From positions 32,001-96,000 of the forward strand of contig CAVZJB010000014.1 in assembly GCA_963775425.1 (NCBI GenBank): a DNA stretch of 64,000 nt, in the 5' to 3' direction. Of the stretch, positions 8,022 to 16,359 are shown in pieces (within the stretch, counting starts at the first letter, position 1; the number at the start of each line of letters is the position of its first letter). The translations under genes were made by a program, and so were the position numbers. The notes beneath the pieces were generated by a model. That model worked only from the letters and a program-made list of their open reading frames with translations. It ran no database searches and had not been told where the DNA came from. Origin of the DNA: an uncultured delta proteobacterium. GTDB lineage: Bacteria; Myxococcota; UBA727; VGSZ01.

Positions 8022-9425
8022 ATGCCCGCCACCGCCGGACGGCGCATCCTCGTCGCCGAAGACGACGACGCCGCGCGCCAGCTCATGGCCCGCGCGTTCG
8101 CCCACCGTGGCGACGACGTGGTCACCGTCGCCGACGGCGCCGCGGCGCTCGAGGCCCTCGCCGGCGGCGGCTTCGACGCGGCCGTCCTCGACGTCATGAT
8201 GCCGAAGCTCAGCGGCTTCGAGGTGCTCGAGCAGGCCCGCGCCCGCGGCGACACCACGCCCATCATCATGGCCACCGCCGCCGCGAGCCCCGACGACGTC
8301 GTGCGAGCGCTCGAGCTGGGCGCCGACGACTACGTCACCAAGCCCTTCAGCTTCGCCGTGCTGTTCGCGCGCATCGACGCCCGCGCGCACGTGAGGCCCT
8401 CGACGGCGCCACCGGTCCCACCGATCCCACCGATCCCACCGATCCCACCGATCCCACCGATCCCACCGGAGGGCGCCACGGTCGACGCCGCCGCGGACGT
8501 CATCGAGGTCGACGACGACGCCGCCGTCGCGGTCGCCGCGCAGCCCGGCGTGCTCGCGCGCATCCGCGCCGCGGCCCGGCGCATGAAGCAGCGCGCGCTG
8601 CCGGCCGCGTTGGAGCTCGCGCCGGGGACGACGCTCGCGGAGCGCTACGTCGTCGGCGAGCGCATCGGCGAGGGCGGCTTCGGCGTCGTCTTCCGCGCGC
8701 GCCACGTCGACCTCGATCAGGACGTGGCCGTCAAAGTGCTTCGCGCGTCCGCGGGCGCCAGGGCGGTGAAGGCCTTTCGCCGCGAGGCGCAGAACGCGTG
8801 CCGCGTCCGCCACGAAAACGCCGTGCGCGTCATGGACTTCGGCGTCGTCGACGGCGCCGCGTACCTGGTGATGGAGCTGCTCGAGGGCCCCACCCTCGAG
8901 CAGGTCTGCAAGAAGAGCGGCCCGCTCGAGCGAGAGCGCGCCTTGACCATCATGCGCCGCGTGTTCTCGGCGCTGGCCTGGATGCACCACGAGGGCATCG
9001 TCCACAGGGACGTCAAGCCGCACAACGTCGTGCTTCACCGGGAGCGGGACCGCGAGGTGCCGAAGCTCCTCGACTTCGGCGTGTCGTGCATGCTCGACGA
9101 CGCCGGCGGCGACGGCAACGCGGTCGTCGGCTCCGCGGCGTACATGGCGCCCGAGCGGTTGCGCGGCGAGCCGTACGACGGCCGCGCCGACGTCTACGCG
9201 TGCGGCGTCATGCTCCACCGCGTGCTCACCGGCGCTTTGCCGTTCCGCATTCCGCTCGACGACTTCGAGGCGCTCGCGCTCTGGCACCTCAACGAGGCGC
9301 CGCCGCCGGCGCAGATCACGCCCGGCGTGGACAAGCTTCTGCAGCGGCTCATGGAAAAAGATCCCACCCTCCGTCCCGACGCTGCGGAAGCGGAAGCGCT
9401 TCTCGAGGCGCTCGTGTGGGAGTGA
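8022..9425 (+). CDS. Response-regulator receiver fused to a Ser/Thr protein kinase
   Basis: REC motifs AEDD, LDVMMP, KPF; kinase motifs GEGGFG, VAVK, HRDVKPHN, DFG, YMAPE. Confidence 0.92.
   Translation: MPATAGRRILVAEDDDAARQLMARAFAHRGDDVVTVADGAAALEALAGGGFDAAVLDVMMPKLSGFEVLEQARARGDTTPIIMATAAASPDDVVRALELGADDYVTKPFSFAVLFARIDARAHVRPSTAPPVPPIPPIPPIPPIPPIPPEGATVDAAADVIEVDDDAAVAVAAQPGVLARIRAAARRMKQRALPAALELAPGTTLAERYVVGERIGEGGFGVVFRARHVDLDQDVAVKVLRASAGARAVKAFRREAQNACRVRHENAVRVMDFGVVDGAAYLVMELLEGPTLEQVCKKSGPLERERALTIMRRVFSALAWMHHEGIVHRDVKPHNVVLHRERDREVPKLLDFGVSCMLDDAGGDGNAVVGSAAYMAPERLRGEPYDGRADVYACGVMLHRVLTGALPFRIPLDDFEALALWHLNEAPPPAQITPGVDKLLQRLMEKDPTLRPDAAEAEALLEALVWE
8409..8468 (+). repeat. 9-bp tandem repeat encoding a (PPI)n linker
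   Basis: CCACCGATC x5 (8418-8462) plus partial flanking copies. Confidence 0.95.
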
Positions 9426-9473
9426 GCGCGGTTCAGGTTGACACCCGCGCCTCCGTGGCCAACAAGTCCTGCC

Positions 9474-10730
9474 ATGACACGTAGTTATCTCTTCACAAGC
9501 GAATCCGTCACCGAAGGTCACCCCGACAAGATGGCCGACCAGGTCAGCGACGCGATTCTGGACGAAATCCTCAGCCTCGATGACCACCCCGAGAACGCAC
9601 GTGTGGCCGTGGAGACGCTCTTCAAGACCGGCATCTGCATCGTCGCCGGCGAGGTCCGCACCCACGCGCACCTCGATGTCGCCAAGATCGTGCGCCGCAC
9701 CATCAACCGCATCGGCTTCGACCACAGCGACAAGGGCTTCGACGGCCACACCTGCGGCGTGCTCAACGCCATCGAGGGGCAGTCGGCCGACATCGCCATG
9801 GGAGTCGACACCAAGAAGAAGAAGGAGCAGGGCGCCGGCGATCAGGGCCTGATGTTCGGCTTCGCCTGCGACGAGACCCCCGAGCTCATGCCGATGCCCA
9901 TCGCGTACGCGCACAAGCTCACCAAGCGCCTCGCGGACGTGCGCCGCTCGTCGCACAAGTGGCTGCGTCCCGACGCCAAGAGCCAGGTCACCATCGTGTA
10001 CGAGACCGGTGACGACGGCGTCGTCACCCCCAGCTACGTCGACACCATCGTCATCTCCACGCAGCACGCGCCGGAAGCCTCGCAGAAGCAGATCCGCGAA
10101 GCCGTGATGGACGACGTGATCAAGAAGGCCATCCCGGCCCGCATGCTCACCAAGCAGACCAAGTTCCACGTGAACCCCACCGGCCAGTTCATCGTCGGCG
10201 GGCCCATGGGCGACGCCGGTGTCACCGGCCGCAAGATCATCGTCGACACCTACGGCGGCATGGGCCGCCACGGCGGCGGCGCCTTCTCGGGCAAGGACCC
10301 GTCCAAGGTCGATCGCTCGGCGGCGTACATGGCTCGCTACGTGGCCAAGAACATCGTCGCCAGCGGCGTCGCCCGTCGCTGCGAGGTGCAGGTGGCCTAC
10401 GCCATCGGCGTCGCGGAGCCCGTGAGCGTCATGGTGGATTGCTTCGGCTCGGAGCAGGCGCCCGTCGAGAAGATCGAGAAGGCGGTGCGCAAGCTCTTCC
10501 CGCTCAAGCCCGCCGGGCTCATCGCGCACCTGAAGCTGCTCACGCCCGTCTACGAAAAGACGGCGGCGTACGGGCACTTCGGCCGCCCCGAGTTCACGTG
10601 GGAGAAGACCGACCTCGCCGACGCCCTGCGCAACGAGCTCGGCCTCGCCAAGAAGAAGGGCAACGGCGTGAACGGCCACGCCTCCGCCCCGGGCAAGGGC
10701 AAGAAGGGCCGCGAGCTCTACGCGTCCTGA
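9474..10730 (+). CDS. metK: S-adenosylmethionine synthetase
   Basis: [49 protein letters not shown]. Confidence 0.99.
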   Translation: MTRSYLFTSESVTEGHPDKMADQVSDAILDEILSLDDHPENARVAVETLFKTGICIVAGEVRTHAHLDVAKIVRRTINRIGFDHSDKGFDGHTCGVLNAIEGQSADIAMGVDTKKKKEQGAGDQGLMFGFACDETPELMPMPIAYAHKLTKRLADVRRSSHKWLRPDAKSQVTIVYETGDDGVVTPSYVDTIVISTQHAPEASQKQIREAVMDDVIKKAIPARMLTKQTKFHVNPTGQFIVGGPMGDAGVTGRKIIVDTYGGMGRHGGGAFSGKDPSKVDRSAAYMARYVAKNIVASGVARRCEVQVAYAIGVAEPVSVMVDCFGSEQAPVEKIEKAVRKLFPLKPAGLIAHLKLLTPVYEKTAAYGHFGRPEFTWEKTDLADALRNELGLAKKKGNGVNGHASAPGKGKKGRELYAS

Positions 10731-10755
10731 TGTGACGCGCGAATCGCCGGTGACC

Positions 10756-10788
10756 GTGGGGCGGGGGCTTGTCCCCCGCCCTTTCGTT
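10756..10788 (+). terminator. Hairpin after metK (terminator / REP-like palindrome)
   Basis: GGGCGGGGG-CTTGT-CCCCCGCCC-TTTCGTT; an inverted copy lies at 46204-46223. Confidence 0.7.
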
Positions 10789-10850
10789 GCCGCGCCCGCA
10801 AACCGATCTTCCGTGAACCGACCACCGAGGTCCGATTTTCTGCCGGCGCT

Positions 10851-11312
10851 TCAGTAGCCCTGGGCGACGGTCTCGGGCGAGGCGGCGGGCGCGTCCTTGG
10901 GGCTCGAGGCGTCGACGGCCTTGGCGGGGCTCCCGGGGACGCGCGCCTTCTTGATGCGCACGATGTCGCCCTTGATCGTGTAGTCGCGGGGGGCGACGCA
11001 GCCGAAGGTGACACCGTTGATGATCAGGTTCACGCAGCCCCACTGCGACTCGTAGGTGAGGTTGGCCACGCCGTCGGCGCCCTTGGCCTGCACCTGGCGC
11101 TTGATCTCCGTGGAGAAGAAGTCGGGCGGCGGGTCGCCGATCAGACCGAAGATGAAGAAGTAGTTGGTCTTCTCGATGTTGAGGGCGCCGACCTTCTCCG
11201 TGTCCTCGGACTTCACGTCGCTGCGCAGGGTGCCGGGGAGGTTGGCGTCGACGGTGTTGCAGCCCGCGGCGAGCGCGGCGCTGGCCAGGGCGAAGAGGAT
11301 GAAGCGCTTCAC
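10851..11312 (-). CDS. Bor/Iss-like small lipoprotein
   Basis: MKRFILFALASAALAAGC lipobox; NYFFIFGLI...INGVTFGCVAPR pattern. Confidence 0.7.
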   Translation of the reverse strand: MKRFILFALASAALAAGCNTVDANLPGTLRSDVKSEDTEKVGALNIEKTNYFFIFGLIGDPPPDFFSTEIKRQVQAKGADGVANLTYESQWGCVNLIINGVTFGCVAPRDYTIKGDIVRIKKARVPGSPAKAVDASSPKDAPAASPETVAQGY

Positions 11313-11866
11313 GGGGCACCTCCGGTGGTGGCCGCGGGCGGCGGCGAGGACGATACGGGCGGCGGCTCCGGCTCACCCGTGGGCGCCGGCGGCTCCGCGA
11401 CGTCGCCGGTGCCGGCGACCTTCACCCGCGTGCCGGAGAAGGTGACGTCGAGCGGCGGCATCACGCAGGGGGCGATGAAGTCCACGACGGGGATGATGCC
11501 GACGATGACGGAGATGCCGAAGTCCCACCCCGAGTACAGCTCGCCGATGTGGACGTTGCGCAGGGCGCCGTCGCCGGTGGCGGCGGCGATCTCCTCGGTG
11601 GCGCTCTCGTTGGCGATGGGGAACAGGCCCTTGATGAGCCAGTACTTCCGATCGACGACGGTGACGGAGCCGCTGCCCTGAACGCCGTCACCCCACAGGA
11701 TGGCGTCGAAGCCGGTGCGGCTCTCGGCCTTGGCGGGCTGCGACTCCGCGGGCGCGCCGCTGCCGTCGGAGCGCAGATCGAGGACGCCGGGCACCCTGGT
11801 GGTGATGTGGTTGCAGCCGGCGCCGGCGAGGGCGAGCGCGGTGCAGGCGAGGAGGGGAGCACGCAT
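11309..11866 (-). CDS. Bor/Iss-like lipoprotein, paralog of the adjacent gene
   Basis: LALAGAGC lipobox; CNHITTRVPGVLDLRSD resembles CNTVDANLPGTLRSD; KYWLIKGLF. Confidence 0.7.
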   Translation of the reverse strand: MRAPLLACTALALAGAGCNHITTRVPGVLDLRSDGSGAPAESQPAKAESRTGFDAILWGDGVQGSGSVTVVDRKYWLIKGLFPIANESATEEIAAATGDGALRNVHIGELYSGWDFGISVIVGIIPVVDFIAPCVMPPLDVTFSGTRVKVAGTGDVAEPPAPTGEPEPPPVSSSPPPAATTGGAP

Positions 11867-11925
11867 GGGCGCGTTGGTAGCCCGGATCCCTCGCACCTCG
11901 CAACGGGCTTGTGTAGAAGCGCGGC

Positions 11926-14697
11926 GTGAGGCCAAAGCTCTTCGCCGTCGCTGCCCTCGTCGCCGCGCTGCCGGCGTGGGCGGGCCCTGCCGCGGCCGAG
12001 GGCCCTGCCGCGGCCGAGGACCCTGCCGCGGCGCAGGCGCAGCAGATCACGCCGCCCGAGATCGTCGCCGGCGCCGAGCCCGTCTACCCCCCCGACGCCT
12101 TCAAGGAGGACGTGAAGGGTGACGTCGTCATGGACGTCGACCTCGACGACGAGGGCCTCGTGCAGCGCGTCGTCGTCAAGGCGAGCCCCGACAAGCGGTT
12201 GTCGTGGGCGGCGCTCGGCGCCGTCGTCAACATGGAGCTCCTGCCGGCGCGCCAGGGCGACGTCTCCATCCCGGTGCGCTTCGAGTACAAGCTCACCTTC
12301 ACCATCGACGAGGAGGTGCGCGAGCGCGCCCTCGCCGAGGACGAGGCCCGCCGCCTGGCCGCCCGCAAGGAGACGGCGCCGGTGAACCTCGACGGGCGGG
12401 TGCTCATCGCGGGCGAGCGCGCCTCCATCCCCGGCGCCTTCGTCTCCGTCGAAGGCCTCGACGCCGGCGACGTCGTCAGCGGCGACGACGGATCGTTTTC
12501 GGCCCGCGGCGTCCCCGAGGGCAAGCAGCACATCCACGTCGAGGCCAGCGGCTTCCTCCCCGGCGACGTCGACGTCGACGTCAAGCCCAACATCGTCACC
12601 GACGTCAACATCTTCCTCGTGAAGAAGCCCGGCGTTCAGGACGAGACCGTGGTCTACGAGCGCCGCACGCAGCGAGAGGTGAGCAAGCGCGTGCTCACGC
12701 AAAAGGAGCTCACGCGTGTGCCCGGGACGTTCGGCGACGCCATCCGCGCGGTGCAGCGGCTCCCCGGTGTGCAGCGCGCGCCCTTCGGCCTCGGGGCGCT
12801 GCTCGTGCGCGGCGGCTCCCCCAACGACAGCACCATCCTCGTCGACGGCCACCTCACGCGCATCCTCTTCCACCTCGGCGCCGGCCCGTCCGTCATCAAC
12901 TCCGACCTCGTCGACAAGCTCGAGCTGTATCCGGGCGGCCAGGGCGTGCGCTTCGGGCGCGCCATCGCCGGCGCCGTCGACGTCGTCACGCGCGACCCGC
13001 GCACCGACGAGTACGCCGGCAAGGTCACCATCGACCTGTTGCAGACGGGCTTTCACCTCGAGGGGCCGCTGCCGCTGCCGGACTCGTGGGCGCAGGTGCT
13101 CGGCGACACCAACGGCAAGATCGGCTTCTTCGTCGCCGGCCGCAGCAGCTACGCCGCCGAGGTGCTCAACATCGGGGACACCATCACCAGGTTCGTGGAC
13201 CTCGGCGTCGACCAGCTCACGCTCGCGCCGCGCTACAGCGACTACCAGGCCAAGCTCGTGTGGAAGCTGCCGTACCACCAGTCGCTCTCGATGCTGCTGC
13301 TCGGCTCCCACGACGACCTCGACCTCGCGCTCAACGCCGCCGAGCTCAACCCCAACGCGCCGTCCAACGTCGGCATCACCATCGGCTTTCACCGGCTCAA
13401 CCCCGTCTACAAGTGGCAGAGCGGCGACCAGAACAGCGACGGCACGCCGCACCTGCGCGTGTGGATCTCACCGGCCATCGAGACCAGCTACAGCGAGAAC
13501 CGCTTCGACGCGTCGCAGTTCCGCCTCGACGTCAATCGCGCGTCCTTGCGGGCGGAGGTCGAGCTGCGGCCCACGGACGGCTTCGGCCTGCTCATCGGCA
13601 CCGACGACACCGCGGCCACCTTCCACTCCGTCACCGACGTCCCCGCCATCATCCCCGACGAGCGCCTGTTCCCGCGGCCGGTGACGTCGGACCAGCCGCG
13701 CTTCCTCATCGCCGACGACGTGCTCGGCACGTCGTACTCTGCGTACGCCCAGGCCGACGCAAAGCTCGGCAACCTGCTCCTCGTCGGCGGCGCGCGCGCC
13801 GACATCTGGACCTACTACGACCAGATCCGCACCTCGATCGATCCGCGGCTGGCGCTGCGCCTCGACATGCTCGACTTCGTCACGCTCAAGGGGAGCGTCG
13901 GGCTCTACCACCAGACGGCGTCGCCCTTCGAGCTGGCCAAGAAGTTCGGCAACCCCGACCTGCCGCTCGAGCAGGGCTGGCAGGTGTCGGGCGGCTTCGA
14001 GTCGCAGCTCACGCGCTCCCTCGAGGTGGACGCGCAGCTGTTCGGGCGCACCGCGGAGAACATCGCCGAGCTGGTGGTGAGCCCGGTGCGCTTCTTCGCG
14101 ACGGGGGCGCCGCGCATCCAGCCCATCGGGGAGCAGCGCGTGTTCGGCGCGGAGTTCCTCTTGCGCCAGCACATCGACGCCATCCCCGGCGTCGGCGGCT
14201 TCTTCGGTTGGATCGCGTACACGGTGATGAAGGCCGAGGAGCGCAGCGACGCGCCGGTGGGCGTGGAGAACGCCGAGGCCTTCGGCTGGACGCCGTCGAC
14301 GTTCGATCAGACGCACAACCTCTCGGTGGCGATGTCGTGGCAGACGCCGGCGTGGCCGGTGGTGGGCCCGTTCGAATTCGGCGCCGCCGTCCGCTACGTG
14401 ACGGGGAACCCGGCGACGTTGGCGCAAAAGGGCATCTTCGACGCCGACACCTCGGACCACCAGCGCGTCAACGACCCGTACAACAGCGATCGCCTGCCGG
14501 CGTTCTTCCAGCTCGACCTGCGCGTCGACAAGAAATTCACGTTCGACACGTGGGCGCTCGCGCTCTTCTGCGACCTGCAAAACGCCACCAACCAGCGAAA
14601 CTTCGAGCTGTTCCAGTACAACTACGACTTCTCGCAGGTGGAGGGCTTCCCGGGCCTGCCCATCCTCCCCGTCGTCGGCGCCGAAGCCTCTTTCTGA
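11926..14697 (+). CDS. TonB-dependent receptor with N-terminal TonB_C and carboxypeptidase-regulatory-like domains
   Basis: Signal peptide; PVYPPDA TonB_C-like domain; plug DAIRAVQRLPGV, LLVRGG; DPRLALR; RLPAFFQLDLRVDK; terminal Phe. Confidence 0.92.
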   Translation: MRPKLFAVAALVAALPAWAGPAAAEGPAAAEDPAAAQAQQITPPEIVAGAEPVYPPDAFKEDVKGDVVMDVDLDDEGLVQRVVVKASPDKRLSWAALGAVVNMELLPARQGDVSIPVRFEYKLTFTIDEEVRERALAEDEARRLAARKETAPVNLDGRVLIAGERASIPGAFVSVEGLDAGDVVSGDDGSFSARGVPEGKQHIHVEASGFLPGDVDVDVKPNIVTDVNIFLVKKPGVQDETVVYERRTQREVSKRVLTQKELTRVPGTFGDAIRAVQRLPGVQRAPFGLGALLVRGGSPNDSTILVDGHLTRILFHLGAGPSVINSDLVDKLELYPGGQGVRFGRAIAGAVDVVTRDPRTDEYAGKVTIDLLQTGFHLEGPLPLPDSWAQVLGDTNGKIGFFVAGRSSYAAEVLNIGDTITRFVDLGVDQLTLAPRYSDYQAKLVWKLPYHQSLSMLLLGSHDDLDLALNAAELNPNAPSNVGITIGFHRLNPVYKWQSGDQNSDGTPHLRVWISPAIETSYSENRFDASQFRLDVNRASLRAEVELRPTDGFGLLIGTDDTAATFHSVTDVPAIIPDERLFPRPVTSDQPRFLIADDVLGTSYSAYAQADAKLGNLLLVGGARADIWTYYDQIRTSIDPRLALRLDMLDFVTLKGSVGLYHQTASPFELAKKFGNPDLPLEQGWQVSGGFESQLTRSLEVDAQLFGRTAENIAELVVSPVRFFATGAPRIQPIGEQRVFGAEFLLRQHIDAIPGVGGFFGWIAYTVMKAEERSDAPVGVENAEAFGWTPSTFDQTHNLSVAMSWQTPAWPVVGPFEFGAAVRYVTGNPATLAQKGIFDADTSDHQRVNDPYNSDRLPAFFQLDLRVDKKFTFDTWALALFCDLQNATNQRNFELFQYNYDFSQVEGFPGLPILPVVGAEASF

Positions 14698-14718
14698 CGC
14701 GCCCGGTTGTCCCGAGGC

Positions 14719-16359
14719 TCACCACGGATCGGGGATGCGGACGTCGCCGGAGGTGTCGAAGCTGAAGGCGAGGGCGAGCTTCTTTTCGACGTTGGGCGCG
14801 AGCTCCACCGGGACGCGCACGATGCCGTGCTCGTCGGGCTTGTGCTCGCCGAGATCGACGCTGGAGTGCTGCGGCGAGGGCAGCACCTTGAGCTGCTTCA
14901 CCTCGCTGACCGGCATCCGCAGGTGGACCATCACGCGCTCGGTGCCGTCGCCTGTGTGCGAGAGCACGGCTTCGCGGATGAAGTGCACCACGTCCTTGCC
15001 CACGAGCTTCTTGTCTTCGGCGCGGCGCTTCTTGGTTCGCACGGTGAAGCGGTCGTCGCTGCCGAAGCTGAGGTCGAAGCTCTCGCCGACGCCGACGTAG
15101 GTGACGTCGCCGGTGCCGACGAACGTCCCTTGCTGCGACAGCGCAACGCCGCCCGCGAGGATGGGGCCCGCGCCCGCGTTCTTGAGGCTCGCGCGCAGGA
15201 ACACCTGGGGCGCGAGCTCCGGATACGCGATGCGCTCGACGCTGCACGGCGCCGTGAAGCTCGCCACCTGCACCCGGTGCGGCCGGCCGTCGTCGGGGAT
15301 GGTGCTCTTGTCCGCCCGGAACGTGCGCGCCTCGCCGCCGTCATCGACGCCGGGCGCCGTCCCCTGCGTCGCGCTCTTGGGCACGCCCTCCTCGCGGTGC
15401 TCCACCACGATGGTGCGGCGCTCCTCGGCGGTCTTTTGTCGCAGCGTCAGCCGGTCCGCGCGCAGCGCCGGCAGCTCCGCCCCCGCCGACGGCCGCGCCG
15501 TCGACAGCGCCAGCGCGACGTCGGTCCACGCCTCGCCGGTGCGGTTCCAGACGGCCGCGCAGGTCACGAAGCGCACCTCGCCCCCGTGGCCGTCGGCGGC
15601 GGCGCCCTCGAACGACAGGTGCGCCTCGTGCGCCGGCCGCCACGCCGCGCAGGCGGTGACGTTCGAGAGCGACAAGCGATAGCGGCCGCCCGTCGGCGAC
15701 GACACGCGCAGCCGCACCTCCGCCACCGTGCGCTGCCCGAGCGGGCGCGGCCGCGCGTCGTCGGCGGCGCGGACGCGCTTCTTCTTCAGGGCGTCGAGCG
15801 CCGCGCGCTTCTCGGCGCGCTCGGCGTCGCAGGCGGTGATCTTGTCGTCGAGCACGTCGAGCGACGCGCGCCACGACTCGACGCTGCCGCCGCCGCGGCC
15901 CACCGCGCGCGCCAGCAGATCGCCGTAGCGGCGCAGCGCGATCTCGGCGCGGGCGCGCTCCGCGCTCACGCGCTTGAGCGCGATGTCGGCGAGGGCGATG
16001 TCATCGTCGAGCTTCTCGATCTCGTCGTGGAGCGCGGTGCGCCGACGGTCCTGATCGTCGGACGGCGCGCCGTCGTCGACGATGAGGCGCTCCACGCGCG
16101 TGTCGTTCAGGTGCGCCACGCCCGCGCCATCGACGGGGTGCAGGTGCGCCACCACGTGCTCGTCGGACAGGAGCACCGGCAGCTCCTTGACGACGACCAG
16201 CGCGGCCCCCGCCGGCAGCGTCACGTCGGCCTCGCGCGCGACGTCGGCGCGGTCCTCGTACACGGTGACGCGCACGATGGGCGCGGTGACGTCGATGGAT
16301 GCCGTGGACGACGGGCTCGCGCCGGGGCCCGCGGAGGCGTGCTCGCTGTTGTCATTCAC
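14719..16359 (-). CDS. DUF4140/DUF4139 (MuiA-like) protein
   Basis: APIVRVTVYEDRADVARE, coiled coil, AAWRPAH, AVWNRTGEAWTDVALALSTARP, TIPDDG. Confidence 0.88.
   Translation of the reverse strand: MNDNSEHASAGPGASPSSTASIDVTAPIVRVTVYEDRADVAREADVTLPAGAALVVVKELPVLLSDEHVVAHLHPVDGAGVAHLNDTRVERLIVDDGAPSDDQDRRRTALHDEIEKLDDDIALADIALKRVSAERARAEIALRRYGDLLARAVGRGGGSVESWRASLDVLDDKITACDAERAEKRAALDALKKKRVRAADDARPRPLGQRTVAEVRLRVSSPTGGRYRLSLSNVTACAAWRPAHEAHLSFEGAAADGHGGEVRFVTCAAVWNRTGEAWTDVALALSTARPSAGAELPALRADRLTLRQKTAEERRTIVVEHREEGVPKSATQGTAPGVDDGGEARTFRADKSTIPDDGRPHRVQVASFTAPCSVERIAYPELAPQVFLRASLKNAGAGPILAGGVALSQQGTFVGTGDVTYVGVGESFDLSFGSDDRFTVRTKKRRAEDKKLVGKDVVHFIREAVLSHTGDGTERVMVHLRMPVSEVKQLKVLPSPQHSSVDLGEHKPDEHGIVRVPVELAPNVEKKLALAFSFDTSGDVRIPDPW

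Noticed and set aside
9426-9473. SAM riboswitch upstream of metK
   Set aside because: Only 48 bp of intergenic space, occupied by a TTGACA promoter element; no SAM aptamer motifs are visible.
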